Positions 22,787 through 35,246 are shown, counted from the stretch's first letter. The stretch: 64,000 bases of DNA from Histomonas meleagridis 2922-C6/04-290x (GCA_020184695.1 JAANOX010000261.1:156178-220177); one strand, 5' to 3'. Made by a program: numbers and translations. Notes: a model not told the origin generated them from the letters alone.

Positions 22787-23571
22787 CTAATTGAATAATA
22801 AACCTGCAATATTTCGGATAAATATTATTTTTTTACCGTTTGTTGGAAATCTAATGTTAAATGTTGAGCCATCAGTTGGCGCGTTATATAATACAGTAGG
22901 TTTTTCAGAAAAATCACCTTTGATGCCAATGAATCGTCTCTTCGAATCACTAAATGAAGCATGAAATTCTAAATACTCTCTGTTCCAAACATTATTAAAA
23001 GTCATTACTTCCTTTTGAGTTGACAAATAACTTATACTTTCTGACGTTACATCTTGATTTAAGAATTTCAAAAAACTTTCTAAATTAGATGTAGTACTTC
23101 CTGAATCAACAATCGCAAATTTTGCGACAAGATTTTGGGCTTTCATCCGAGCCTACATAAGTACAAGCAAAATCTAAATTGCCTGAGTCTTCGTATTCAT
23201 AAGATAATCTATAACTCGCAAATGAAGTATTAAAACTATTACAAATTGACGTTAAAATTTCAAATAAAGTATTTTGCGCCATAACTTAAATTTTAATGAT
23301 ACGTGGATTAGGTGAAGAACCACTGACGCTTTCAGGTTTAGTTACTTCAAACTGTAATGAGAAAACGTGAGCGGTCGGCGTTATATCTAATCTTCTTATG
23401 CCAATAGCTTTATTCTGTGACGGAGACTCTAACCAACGTTGAGGATAACGGAAAGTATAACCATTTTTGAGGATTTAATACTTCATACTTATCTAAATCA
23501 AGATTTGTATAATTTTCTTCAATCGGTAACTGAGACGCAGTTGTTGTAAATTGATTTTCAGTTTTATACAT
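22787..23571 (-). pseudogene. Beta-rich structural-like protein in pieces (possible second minor capsid protein)
   Basis: Fragments from MYKTENQF (ATG at 23571) to FHASFSDSKRRFIG...FNIRF; interrupted by stops and frameshifts. The structural role is inference. Confidence 0.35.
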
Positions 23572-23971
23572 TTTTATCTTATTAAAAATGTCAAATTCAC
23601 AGTTTGAAAAAATTGAAAATATAGTAAGAGCATTAATGAATAAAAACAGTGTTGTACACACACACACACAGCGCTATTGAAGCTTCGCGTGATACGCTCG
23701 CTTCAAGCCGCGCTACATAAAAGAAAGCATTAACGACGAGAGGATGATTGAAAATTAGGATTAACGGTAGGTTTTAAGGAAACATGTGCGAAAAATAAAA
23801 AAAATATTAAAACCTTACTTACTCTTACCTAACTTACCTATAAAAACTAGAAAATTTAAGAAAGAGGATAAATACATGCGGACAAAAACCAAGGTAAGTA
23901 AGAGTAAGGTAAGTAAGGAAATTAAGCTTAGTTTTGAAGTAGTTTTTTGTTTTTTTATTCTTACTAAAAAG

Positions 23972-25340
23972 ATGTCAGAGGTAAGTATTGATATAAACGA
24001 CAAATTCAATCTAATGGATATTAGAAATAATGCTCCCTATGATTTAAACGGAGATGACGCAATAATCGATTTAAAGAAATGTTTCTTAGCCTGCGATTCA
24101 ACACCTGAAGTATTCATGTTTAAAGATTATGACGCAGTGAATGATTATGTTAAAGTAAGTTACACATCAGAAAACGTTGCAAAACAAAAGCTAAAGAAAA
24201 TAATTATTGGCAAAAGAACTGAAGGAAACAAAAAAAAAAAATGTTTCCGCCTGGGATTTATATTTAGAAAATACAAAAATATTCACGGTGAAGGCATTAA
24301 AATTTTATTCCGAAGACCCTCAAATTTTTTCTTACTTTAGAGGTTATGATTATAAAAAGCTTGATAAAGTAAAAACAGAAATTATACAACCGTTTTTAGA
24401 TCACGTCAGAGAAGTAATAGCAAATGGTAATGAAGAAATTTATAGATATATTCTAATTTGGATCGCGAGCATTCTTCAAAAACCAAATTTTAAAACTGGA
24501 GTTGCTTTAGTTATATTAGGAAATCAAGGAACAGGAAAAAATACATTCTTTACAGATGTAATTTGCAAATTAATGGCAAGATACGCAAATGAAAATGTTA
24601 CGAATATAGAATCAGTAGTCGGTAAATTTAATGCAACATTGGAAAACAAAAAAATTACTGGTTTTAAATGAACTACAAAGTATTGATACTAATAAATTTT
24701 TAAATTCCGATGCATTAAAATCTATTATAACAGATAAAACAATAAATATAAATCAAAAAAATGAACCGATGAGAGAAACAGAAAATGTTGCGAATTTTAT
24801 AATGGTATCGAATAATGATGTTCCAATAAAGATTGAAAGTTATGATAGAAGATATGTTGTAACAAAAACAAGTGATAAGCATTTACAAGATTTTGATTAT
24901 TTCTCAAAAACTTGCTGATTCATTCACGCCGGAATTTTATGAAAATTAATTTACATATTGCATGTTAATGGATATGTCGAAAGCAAATAAAAGAAGAAAT
25001 CCGAACAGTGAAGCAAAAGAAAATATAAAAAGAAGCTTCAATGTCAAGTTATGAAATATTCGCTAGAGACAATTACGAAAAAATCAAAAACATAACAGGT
25101 CCTGATTTATTTAATTTATATTGTGATTTTGTTGAAAAAAATAAATTCAACAGTTGCAGTTCAAGGACTTTTATTGCAAATATGAAAAAATTCACTGGGA
25201 TCGCAACGCCAAAGTGGATTAATGGAAAAACAACAAAAGTGTATAATTTATTACCAGAAGTTTATGATAGGTTTGAAGAATATCACAAAAAATTAGAAGA
25301 ACAAATAGTTGATGATGAAATTGATGATGATGCTTTATGA
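23972..25340 (+). pseudogene. D5-like SF3 helicase (DUF5906-like), frameshifted
   Basis: Walker A ILGNQGTGKNTF, GKFN, Walker B LLVLNE, NFIMVSNN...IKIESYDRRY arginine finger; spread over ORFs 23786, 24207, 24631 and 25041. Confidence 0.85.
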
Positions 25341-25772
25341 AGAATGTTTATTTTTATCAAAAAGTACCTTTTAATTTTCAAAGATGTTTTTTTAACCTAA
25401 AAGTTAACCCTTTTTTTAACCCTTTACGAAACGGAGAAAATGAGCATTTTTTGAATGATTTAACGCAAAAGTTGAATGACAAAAATTAAAATATCTCGTT
25501 ATGTGTTTAATGGATTATTGAAATAAGAATATAAAAATAAATGCTAATATCAGTTTTGCTTTTCAAAAAATTCTTTTTCAATTTCTGACTGTTATTTTTA
25601 TATAATTTACATTTGCCGATGGCAAACTGCGACAAAGTCACATATCAAACGATTTCTTGTCGTTTGTACTTCCCGGGAAAGTTATTTTTAAGCCTTCAAA
25701 CTCTTGATTTTCAAGTGATTTCACATGAACGGATAAACTCACAAAACACTTTCGGATTTCCTTTAGCTGGTT

Positions 25773-26798
25773 TCATTTTTTAGTAGTAGTATTAGTAGTA
25801 GTATTAGTAGTAGTATTTTCAAAAAATTCTCTTTCAATTTCTGACTGTTTATGAGGAGTATTACCGCGGAGAAATGAAGCAGGAATTTCATCTTGATATG
25901 AACGTTGCCCAGGAACGGTAAAAAGTACTTTATACTTATTTGTTTTAGGATTAAATGACAAAATTGACTCAACAGAACCAACCCATTTACCAGGAATAGT
26001 TGACGCCCATTTAATATTATTTGGTTTATTCTTACCAATCGGTATTAGTTTGTATCTTGGTTTAGTAATTACTGTTCCGTCTTGAGCAATTAAAACGTAC
26101 ATATTTCCTTTCCGTTCATCAATTTTATAACATTCACGGCTGATTTGAAATCTTTTTTTAGTTATGCCATTATGACGCGGTAATATATAGCGTACAAAAG
26201 AGCCAACAGGAAGAATTAAATTCTTAATACATTTTTGTTTTTCAGAAGATTCTAAACATTTAAATATATATTCTTTTTCTAAATCTTTATTATCAAACAT
26301 TTCTTTTGGAGAACAACCGATGGCTGAATGGCAAGTATTGTTGTAAGTATTCAGAAACTCTTTCATCCTTTCTGGCGCAACAAATGTGTACTTTTCATCA
26401 TGTGATTGATGTTTAGATTTTTTTCCGTTGGAGTATTCATATCTGCCTAAAGACGAATGGTTTTTGTCTGATATAGTATGAACGGCAACTTTATTTTTAG
26501 AAAGAAGTTTTAAATTATTTTTTTCAATAAATGCTGGTTCTTCATCTGACGTTAATTTTACAGGATGGAATTTGACAATGAATTGTTTTAATGTTTCATG
26601 AACAGCAGACGCTGATTTTGACATTAACGGCAGACAATAAACATATCTATTATTTGTTCCAATAAACACGTGCCAATATCTTGGAGTCTTTCCTTTGGTG
26701 TTATCGTATAAATCATGAAACCAGCAATTTGGAATAGTTGAAAATATTTTTATCATATAAGGTTTTATATCTTTTGTTTTAATAAATTTATCCTTCAA
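25773..26798 (-). CDS. Maverick c-integrase with internal deletion and chromo-like C-terminus
   Basis: WHVFIGTNNRYVY, FHPVKLTSDEEPAF (catalytic D), HSSLG followed directly by unrelated sequence (third catalytic helix missing), YNNTCHSAIGCSP, C-terminal KYKVLF...EIPASFL. Confidence 0.8.
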   Translation of the reverse strand: MKDKFIKTKDIKPYMIKIFSTIPNCWFHDLYDNTKGKTPRYWHVFIGTNNRYVYCLPLMSKSASAVHETLKQFIVKFHPVKLTSDEEPAFIEKNNLKLLSKNKVAVHTISDKNHSSLGRYEYSNGKKSKHQSHDEKYTFVAPERMKEFLNTYNNTCHSAIGCSPKEMFDNKDLEKEYIFKCLESSEKQKCIKNLILPVGSFVRYILPRHNGITKKRFQISRECYKIDERKGNMYVLIAQDGTVITKPRYKLIPIGKNKPNNIKWASTIPGKWVGSVESILSFNPKTNKYKVLFTVPGQRSYQDEIPASFLRGNTPHKQSEIEREFFENTTTNTTTNTTTKK

Positions 26799-27010
26799 TC
26801 TCCTTGATATTACTTTTTTAATTTTCTTTTCACTAACATTTGGAAATTTATTTTTGCACGTGTTTTTTTACGTTACTGTAAGTTTTAAAATGTGTTTTGT
26901 CGATTTCTCTATTAACGTTTAGACTCATTTAAGAGTTATTAAAAACGTTTTTAATTATATTAAATGGGATTAGGTCGTATATTCGGTGGAATAAGAAAAA
27001 TTTATTCAAA

Positions 27011-28077
27011 ATGCAGGACGACTTGTAAGAAAAAGTTATTGATAAAGGAAAGAGAATTTACGGTAAGGTCTCGCCGATAATCAGTCGAGGAATTGAATTT
27101 GGTAAAAAAAGATTCCAGGAATAATTGATACAGTAAGAAAGCGTAAAGGAGATATAACAGATAAAAATAGATAAAATAGTTGATGCAGTTCCTGACGGTA
27201 AGATTAAAAGACAAAAATTAAACGAGCCGTAGATAAAGGCAAAGAAGTAGCCGAACGTGTTTTAGACACAGGTCAAAAGATTTCGGATAAAACTCAACCG
27301 TGGATTCAAGCAGGCGATAAATCTAAACAATGGATCGAACACGAACAAAATTTAGGTAAGCAACAAAGATATCAAATGAAACCTGCGGTAATGAAACCTC
27401 AACCAAGAGTAATGATTCCTGGATTAATGTGATTCATTAAATGATTTTTTGATTTTTTTATATTTAATAAATGGCAGAGAACGAGACTGAACGGCTCTAC
27501 GAGCCTGAGCTCCTTCGGAGCGAAACAGAAATTGTATTAGGAGAAGAAAACGTTGATGAAGAAAAAACTTCGGATGTTAAGATAACAAAGAAAGCAGTAA
27601 AAGATTTAACACAAGAAGAAAATTATAATTGCTAATGCTAAAAAAGGAATTAAAAATGAATTTTTTGACGTCAAATTTTTCAAGAACGGTAACGCTAGAG
27701 TTACAGCAAAGAAATCAAAAACTCCAACGGTTAGTCAAAAAGTAATTAAAAACAACAACGACGGTAAAGTTTATTTATCAAACGATCAATTATTAATGGA
27801 GCATATAATTGAATTAAATTCACGATTAGATAAATTAACAGGTAAGCATAAAAAAAGCTTAAGAAGAAGTATCATCGTTTGAGGGATGATATTTATATTG
27901 ATGCTGAGGAAATTCCTTCGGTCGAACAAACAATTAAATGACGAGCAAGTCTCGCTAGATGCTCGAAACTCACAAGGTTCGGAGCAAAAGGAAGAAATAG
28001 TTTCGTCAGAACGTCAAGAACAAGTTTATAATGTGCCGGTACAACGCGGATGGAGAGCAAGAGTTCAATACTTATAA
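27011..28077 (+). pseudogene. Cluster of short basic/charged viral ORFs, disrupted
   Basis: Coding-like fragments from ATGs at 27011 and 27471 plus ORF 27886-28077, with stops and frameshifts. Confidence 0.35.
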
Positions 28078-28101
28078 ATTAATATTTTTATTTTTAATGA
28101 A

Positions 28102-29224
28102 ATGACAAAGAAAGCAGTCAAACGAAGAATTAGAAAAACAAAGAAAAATGTCAAACGCGGATTAAGGCATCGATTAATTACTCAAGCTCCAACATTTAAT
28201 CCTAACGCATCGGTCAGAGCAAATATTCTTCCCTTACCGAATAATCAAAATTCCAATTCTGCTAGGTCACAAATGATGGCAAATTTACAAAATCCATTTC
28301 TTCCTGTTGCTTTATCACAAACTCCACAAAATATTAATCTTGACGCAATACATAATATGAGAAATCAAAACGATGTTCGTCAACAACAAATTAATGATAC
28401 GCGAAGAGAGAAACAAGATGAATTAGCAAGAAAGAAAAATTTGGATGAACAAGAAAGAAATATGAAAAAAGCAACAAAAGCTGCTGAGGCAAAGTATAAC
28501 GAAGAAAAGCAAAAACGTGAAATGGCAGAAAGAGAGATTGAACGTCAGCATGAATTAGCAAACAAAGCTCAACAAGAAACTGAACGTTACGCAAAAGCTT
28601 TGGCAGAACTTAAAAACTCAGTATAGAGGCGACATTGATTTATTAAAAGATCAAAACGCAACAATTCAAGCTCAATTAGCTGAAGCAAAAATGCTTACTA
28701 TTGAACGCCAACATGAAATAGAAGCTAATGAACAAATGCGAATTAAAAGTAGCTTGCAACGTGAGTTAGAAAAAAAGTAAAGAATGAAAAATGAAACTTT
28801 ACAGAAAGTTTTAAAATCAGAAGATTATAAGAATGCAAATGAAATGCGAGCACAGACACAATATGAATTAGAAAGAGCACGTTATGAAAATGAACTATTA
28901 AAAGCTCAAAATGAAGCTAAAATAAAATTTGAACAAGAAAGAATTAAAAGAATAACAGCATTAACTCCGGAGCAATATCAGGCGTTAGATAATCAATACA
29001 TGGAAAGCATTAATGGTTTATATCAACAACAACTTGCTGAAGAAGAAAAACAACGACCTGGATTAAGAGCAAGAGCAAGATTTGAAAGATTGAAAGAAGC
29101 GGAAATTGAGCAACAACGAAAAACAGTTGATGAAGAAATTAAAGCTCAAGAATTAGGAGCATATCAAACAGCCGTTGGACCAAAAACCAGAAATAAGCAA
29201 GACGCACAAAGAATCGATTGTTAA
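28102..29224 (+). pseudogene. Basic N-terminal, coiled-coil viral protein, split (28102-28626 and 28784-29224)
   Basis: MTKKAVKRRIRKTKKNVKRG basic head, then E/Q/K heptads continuing across frameshifts; truncated at the mariner junction. Confidence 0.5.
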
Positions 29225-29253
29225 GAACGCTAAGAAAAAAGTTCAAACGAAGG

Positions 29254-29468
29254 AACGGATTTTGAAATGCTTGTCGATAAATTAATTGACATATGGAATG
29301 GGATCTCTTTTGAGGAAATTCAAGCGGTCTATAGGGAATGGGAAAAAAGATGTATATGGATTATTGAACACGAAGGGGAGTACTATCCATCTCAATAAAC
29401 AAAAATAATTTTTATTTTTTATTCATCAAAATAGGGGTGGGGGCTCATTACTTTTTGCCCCCCCCCTG
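29254..29468 (+). mobile_element. 3' remnant of mariner transposon with right TIR
   Basis: Near-identical to 34940-35154 (transposase end ...EGEYYPSQ*, TIR ...gctcattactttttgccccccccctg, then TA at 29469-29470). Confidence 0.95.
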
Positions 29469-29559
29469 TATTAAAATAATTAAATGGTTTTTCTTATTCA
29501 TTTATTTTGAAAATTGTTGTAGTTGGAGTATCCCTTCAAAATAGGGATAGAAAGAGTTA

Positions 29560-31122
29560 TTAAAATAGAATTAAAAATAGTAATGAAAAAATACTTACAC
29601 CAAGAGCAAGTGCTATAGTTTTTAAACTCGATCTTGATGGAAATGAATTTGATGAAATATTTGAATTTGTGATTGAATTAGAATATATGATAGAATTTGT
29701 ATATGATATAGAAAATGTGTTTGCTTTTGTAAATGTATTCGATTGTGTGAATGTGTTTGCTTTTGTAAATGTATTCGATTGTGTGAATGTGTTTGATTGT
29801 GTAAATGGATGTGTTGACCATGGATTACAATTTTCAATGGTCGTTCCAATTGATACATTAATTTTACCAAATTTTTTTGATTTATAAGAATCTAATGTCA
29901 TTACATATTTGACAGGAGTATCTTCAAATGCATCATCACTAATATTAGGTTCTGAGTGACCATAATAATAAACGCAAGTTAAAGATTTACATTCAAAAAA
30001 TGCTTTTTTATCAATTGAAACAACATTTTCACCTATAATAACAATTGATAAATTTTCGCAATGTGCAAAAACTTCTTTATTGATAATAGTTAATGAATTT
30101 GGAAGTTCGATTTTTTTAAGAGATCCAAATGCAGCATTTTCAATTGTAGTTATGTTATTTCCAAAAATAATATCTGATAATTTTTTACAATATAAAAATG
30201 CATATTGTTTAATTGTAGAGAGTGAATTTGGTAATATAATTCTCTCAAGTGAGCATTCAGAAAATGATTGCTGACCAATACTAATCAGATTTTCGTTAAA
30301 AATTACTTCTGACAAGTTAGAGCAACGAATAAATGCACCATTTTCTATTATAGACAGTGATTTGGGTAATTTAATACTTTCAAGTAAAATGCATTCGCCA
30401 AATGCGCTTACATTGATTATCGAAATTCCTTCTCCAAAAATAACTTCAGACAATTTTTTACAATTATAAAATGCGTATTCTCCTATTGCAGAAACTGAAT
30501 TCGGTAATGAAATTTTTTTGAGTGAAGTACATTGAAATGAATATTTGCTAATCGCTGTTAGATTTTCTCCAAAAATTACTTCAGACAAATTTTCACAAAA
30601 AGCAAAAGCATATTCTTCAATGGTAGTTACTGAATTTGATAATTTAATGCTTTCAAGTGCTAAACATCCAAAAAATGAATATTGAGAAATTTTAATCAAT
30701 TTTTCATTAAAAATAACTTTTGATAATTTAGTGCATTTATAAAACGCGCTACTACCAACCGTATTAACATTTTGACCAAAAGTAACATTTGATAAGTTTT
30801 TGCAATCATTAAATGCATCATTACCAATTACAGATACTGAATTTCCAATTTTAGCAGATGCTAGATTCATCCACCCACGAAATACATCGGATGGTATTGA
30901 AGTAATATTATCAGCGATAATCAAAAATAATGCTTCATTTTTATAGATTGTTGCATTTGTAAAATCTTCCATGGTTTTTATTGTTAATGTTTTTGTTTGA
31001 TTATCAAATATTCCAAATGCGGGTATCATAAGATAGTATAATATCAGAACAATCATATTTAATAAAATAAAATGATAATGAAAATGACTTATGATTCCAA
31101 AAGACACAAAACTAACTTTCAT
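29560..31122 (-). CDS. BspA-like TpLRR surface protein with FTxSxxF stalk and C-terminal TM helix
   Basis: Repeated L..I.LP.S...I...AF..C..L..V.F TpLRR units, hydrophobic N-terminus, (TQSNTF/TKANTF) stalk, C-terminal TIALALGVSIFSLLFLILF. Confidence 0.9.
   Translation of the reverse strand: MKVSFVSFGIISHFHYHFILLNMIVLILYYLMIPAFGIFDNQTKTLTIKTMEDFTNATIYKNEALFLIIADNITSIPSDVFRGWMNLASAKIGNSVSVIGNDAFNDCKNLSNVTFGQNVNTVGSSAFYKCTKLSKVIFNEKLIKISQYSFFGCLALESIKLSNSVTTIEEYAFAFCENLSEVIFGENLTAISKYSFQCTSLKKISLPNSVSAIGEYAFYNCKKLSEVIFGEGISIINVSAFGECILLESIKLPKSLSIIENGAFIRCSNLSEVIFNENLISIGQQSFSECSLERIILPNSLSTIKQYAFLYCKKLSDIIFGNNITTIENAAFGSLKKIELPNSLTIINKEVFAHCENLSIVIIGENVVSIDKKAFFECKSLTCVYYYGHSEPNISDDAFEDTPVKYVMTLDSYKSKKFGKINVSIGTTIENCNPWSTHPFTQSNTFTQSNTFTKANTFTQSNTFTKANTFSISYTNSIIYSNSITNSNISSNSFPSRSSLKTIALALGVSIFSLLFLILF
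29714..29785 (-). repeat. 36-bp stalk repeat, 2 units (BspA copy 1)
   Basis: aatgtgtttgcttttgtaaatgtattcgattgtgtg starts at 29714 and 29750. Confidence 0.9.
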
Positions 31123-31608
31123 AAATTATTTCACTTTCATAACAAAAAAATGAAATTACTGGTAAAATGAACACGTAATTAGAATAAAGTATTTTATCAT
31201 TTGTTGTACAAAAAACAAAGTATTTGTATTGAATAATTTTCAAATTCTTAATACCAATAGTAATCGAATTATTCATAAAAATTAAGAATATAACTATTTT
31301 ATTTATTATTGAAATACATATCACAGCATCACCACTTTTTGCTGAATTTCACTATATATCTTTTACATTTCCTAATATTAGATTTTTTATAAATTAACTT
31401 ATATGAGAAATTTAGTTCTTTTGATCGTATATATGATATATGTTTACAAACAATGTTTACAACGATTGTAGAATATCATATATAAAATAAAACAAAATTC
31501 ATAACAGCATAATAAATATCATATTTTTATTAATATCTTATTTTTATATGAACAATAATAAACTATCATTTGTGCGATTTAAATATAATTTTTTTATTCT
31601 TGATTTTT

Positions 31609-32760
31609 TTATTTTTGATTCAATAACTGAATCAAATATTCACAATGCATCAAAATTTCATCATCCGCATCACTTAATAAGAAGTCATTTAATTTATCCT
31701 CAATTTCAGCGTATTCCAAAACCTCATTAATTTGTGGAACAAAATTAAACATTTCAATAAATATCAAGAGAACAATGTCAACAGTTTTTTGGTTCAAAGT
31801 ATCGATCATATCTACTATACTTAAACCTCCATAAGCTAAAAACTTTTGTGCCCATTCAAGATTTTTCCTATTTCTTATTACAATTGCATAAATTATATCA
31901 AGACAATTCACTCTAAACGATAGAGTGCCACTTTTCATAATGTTTGCAATTTTTTCGATCATTTGGACTTCGTTAAAAACATCATCGATTTCATCTCTTT
32001 CTAACCTTATTAAGCCAATTATAATTTGGCAACAATAAGAAAAACACTTCTTGGTCATATAGATAATAATATTCTACATCAAAGACAGTTTTTTTCAACT
32101 AAAATTAATTGGATAATCTCCAACATTAAAATAAAGAAAGAACTTCTTCAAGTGTTCCTTGAATGGATATAACAGACAAAAATTCGAAGGGCATACTCAA
32201 CATAATAATCTCGAAATTTATTTGTGTCATTAAAAAGAATTTTATAACAATAATTTATTATTCCGGAATTAAAAAAATTGACGCGTAAAATTGGGTCAGT
32301 TACAACATTTGAGATAAATTTTAAAGAAACTGTAATAGAGATGGCATTGTATGGGACGTCTATATTAAGTTGCTGGATAAATTGTTGGATAATGAAATTT
32401 AACTCTGTTTGGTCAGTAATAAAAAATACGATTTTTTCAATAAAAATACTTGCGTTAGAACGAATTTTAAAGTTTTCATTGGGTATAAAGACATTTTCGA
32501 AGAATGAGATGATTGGTGTTTTGCTTAGAAACAAATACGAATCTGGAAATGATGCAATATCTATTGAAACATCTTGGGCAAGCAAGACAATTGCTAAAAC
32601 TTGACTATTTAATGATTGAAATAATTTTTGCAAAAAGCCTATATTTTGAAATGCTGGATGATATCACCAGCAACCTCCTTTACTAAATAACCAATAATTT
32701 GAAGAAGATATTCTTCTTCAATTAATTCAATTTCATACTTTTGATATATCTCTGAAATAC
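31609..32760 (-). pseudogene. Armadillo-repeat (importin-alpha-like) gene, 5'-truncated and frameshifted
   Basis: Helical ARM-like text (ISVSLKFISNVV, ALRIF, ILMHCEYLIQLL) over ORFs 32148-32633 and 31609-32058; the coding frame continues up to the junction at about 32760 with no start. Confidence 0.55.
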
Positions 32761-32762
32761 GA

Positions 32763-33647
32763 ATGGGAAAAGAAGAAGAAATCGAAACAAAAGAAGAAGA
32801 AATTGAAACAAAAGAAGAAGAAATTGAAACGAAAGAAGAAGAAATCGAAACAAAAGAAGAAGAAATCGAAACGAAAGAAGAAGAAATCGAAACGAAAGAA
32901 GAAGAAATCGAAACGAAAGAAGAAAATGAAGAAGAAAGAGAAACTATAAAACAAAATGAAATTTATTTATATCCAGAAGAAATAGAAAATGAAGAAGAAG
33001 AAATAAAAACCGAAACCACAGAAGAAAATAAAGAAACAAAAGAAGAAAATGAAATTAAAATTGAGATTACAGAAGAAAACGAAATTAAAGTTGAAATTAC
33101 AGAAGGAAATGAAATTACAGGTGAAAATGAAATTAAAACAGAAACCACAGAAGAAAACGAAATTAAAGTTGAAATTACAGAAGAAAACGAAACAAAAACA
33201 GAAAGCACAAATGCAACAAATGAAGATGACAATGAAATCGCAATCGCCGCTCTCAACGATACCTTAAACGAATACAGTCTGGTAATCAACGAAAAACACG
33301 ACAGTGCACATCCAAAAGTACAAGAAGCGCTACGAAAACTCCAAAAAGTCAGAGAGTTACTTAATTATGAGACGAATGACGTAATGACAATCAGAAGAAA
33401 ATGCAAAGAAACATTTGAAGAAGTTAAAGAATTACTATGGGAAGACATCACGCCCGTATATCCAACAGTACCCAAACTAACAGAAGATGAATCAGACGCA
33501 AACGTAGAAGAAGAAAACAAAAAAGAAGAAAAAATAGAAACAAAAGAAAAAAAGCAAATTAAGAACAAAAACGTTAAAATTTTGGTCAGCAGTGCTTCGA
33601 TTATTATGGCTGTTTTAGAAGTTATGATGATACTCTTTTTAGCTTGA
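32763..33647 (+). CDS. Acidic repeat protein with C-terminal hydrophobic anchor
   Basis: (EEEIETK)x7, EENEIK repeats, helical domain, terminal ILVSSASIIMAVLEVMMILFLA. Confidence 0.7.
   Translation: MGKEEEIETKEEEIETKEEEIETKEEEIETKEEEIETKEEEIETKEEEIETKEENEEERETIKQNEIYLYPEEIENEEEEIKTETTEENKETKEENEIKIEITEENEIKVEITEGNEITGENEIKTETTEENEIKVEITEENETKTESTNATNEDDNEIAIAALNDTLNEYSLVINEKHDSAHPKVQEALRKLQKVRELLNYETNDVMTIRRKCKETFEEVKELLWEDITPVYPTVPKLTEDESDANVEEENKKEEKIETKEKKQIKNKNVKILVSSASIIMAVLEVMMILFLA
32772..32918 (+). repeat. 21-bp tandem repeat x7 (EEEIETK)
   Basis: gaagaagaaat(c/t)gaaac(a/g)aaa units counted directly. Confidence 0.95.
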
Positions 33648-33845
33648 AATAAAAATGTTATTTAATTAGTAAAAAACTATGGTTTAAATTTTCTACAATT
33701 TATTTAAAAAATATTTGTCTATGCGCAAATACTATTTACAGTGCTTAACATGAACAGGAATGAGATCATAGATATTAAATTTATGTAAAATCCGGTATAT
33801 AATTAAGAGTTTATGCAAAATTTTTCCCCTTATTTTAGATATATA

Positions 33846-35154
33846 CAGGGGGCAAAAAGTAATGAGCCCCCCACCATAACTCTCTAAATAATAAAATTAT
33901 ATAAATAAAACATATATTTTTTAGAAGATTAGGAAGTGTATAAAATTTTTGTTTATTATGACATTTGAGTATATTTGCTATATAATGAGATTTTTTTGTT
34001 TAAATATGTCAATAGTCAAAAAAACGTTAAAATGTCACATTTCATGAATCCCTTCAAAAAGTGGGAACAGCAAATTATCATCAAATATTGCTTTCTCTTA
34101 GGACAAGGCAATAAAAAAATATATGAAAATTTATTATTGGTATGTGGCAAGAAAGCCTATTTAAAATCCCAGATCAAAAGATGGCTTCAAAGGTTCAAAA
34201 ATGGTAATTTTCCATGTATGGACGAGGAACGTGCCGGAAGACCCCCTTCGGATCTTGCACCTTTAATTTCAAATTACCTTCAAAAGTTTCCATATTTTTC
34301 TGCCAAAAAAATATCACAGTACTTCGACATCTCACATCACACTGTGAAAGAAATTCTTCAAAGGGATCTGCAGATGAGGAAATATTCAAGGTAGTATGTG
34401 CCGTATGAATTGTCAGATGAAAACAAAAAGTGTCGCGTCCAATGTGCGAATGGGATTATAGAAGAACTTAGGAATGATGCACAAAATAATTATGAACATA
34501 TATGTACAGGAGATGGATCGTGGTATATATGGTTAAATCAGTCGGGTTCAATATTTGCACAATCCCGAGGAAAAGTGGATTTAAGGATTCGTCAGACAAT
34601 TTCATCGAAGAAAACTTTGATCACAATTTTTTTCACAGGTACTAATTCAATTGCTATTGATGTCCTACCAAAAGGAAGAATGTTCACTCGAGATTATTTT
34701 ATTAATAATATAGGAGACATGATATCCAATGCAAATAGGAGATTTCTGCGAAAAGAAAAATGTCTGAATTTTAAAATTCATATCGACAATTCAAAATGCC
34801 ACAATGGATCAAAAGTAACTCAATTTCTGGCCGATAAAAAAATTAATCGAATGCCACACCCACCATATAGTCTAGACATGAGTCCTTGTGATTCCTGGTT
34901 TTTTGGAATATCTAAAAAACTCTTAGAGGATGTGGAAATAACGGATTTTGAAATGCTTGTCGATAAATTAATTGACATATGGAATGGGATCTCTTTTGAG
35001 GAAATTCAAGCGGTCTATAGGGAATGGGAAAAAAGATGTATATGGATTATTGAACACGAAGGGGAGTACTATCCATCTCAATAAACAAAAATAATTTTTA
35101 TTTTTTATTCATCAAAATAGGGGTGGGGGCTCATTACTTTTTGCCCCCCCCCTG
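33846..35154 (+). mobile_element. Full-length mariner (Tc1/mariner, DD34D) DNA transposon
   Basis: TIRs caggggg caaaaagtaatgagcccc...cacc (33846) and its inverse ending at 35154, with TA on both sides (33844-33845, 35155-35156). The G/C run length differs between the TIRs (5 vs 9). Confidence 0.95.
34032..35084 (+). pseudogene. Mariner transposase with one in-frame TAG (34392-34394)
   Basis: YVPYEL (WVPHEL), CTGD (D1), IHIDN (D2), HPPYSLDMSPCD (D3), with 34 residues between D2 and D3. Confidence 0.9.
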
Positions 35155-35246
35155 TATTAAAATAATTAAATGGTTTTTCTTATTCATTTATTTTGAAAAT
35201 TGTTGTAGTTGGAGTATCCCCTTCAAAATAGGGATAGAAAGAGTTA

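Larger units (their letters stand above)
20200..29253. mobile_element. Maverick/Polinton-like endogenous virus remnant, element 2 (boundaries approximate)
   Basis: Packaging ATPase, penton-like genes, D5-like helicase, integrase and coiled-coil genes; cut on the right by mariner sequence at 29254. Confidence 0.75.

Noticed and set aside
25780-25815. (TAG)n run as a Maverick terminus
   Set aside because: It encodes NTTT repeats at the integrase C-terminus and is internal to the element.
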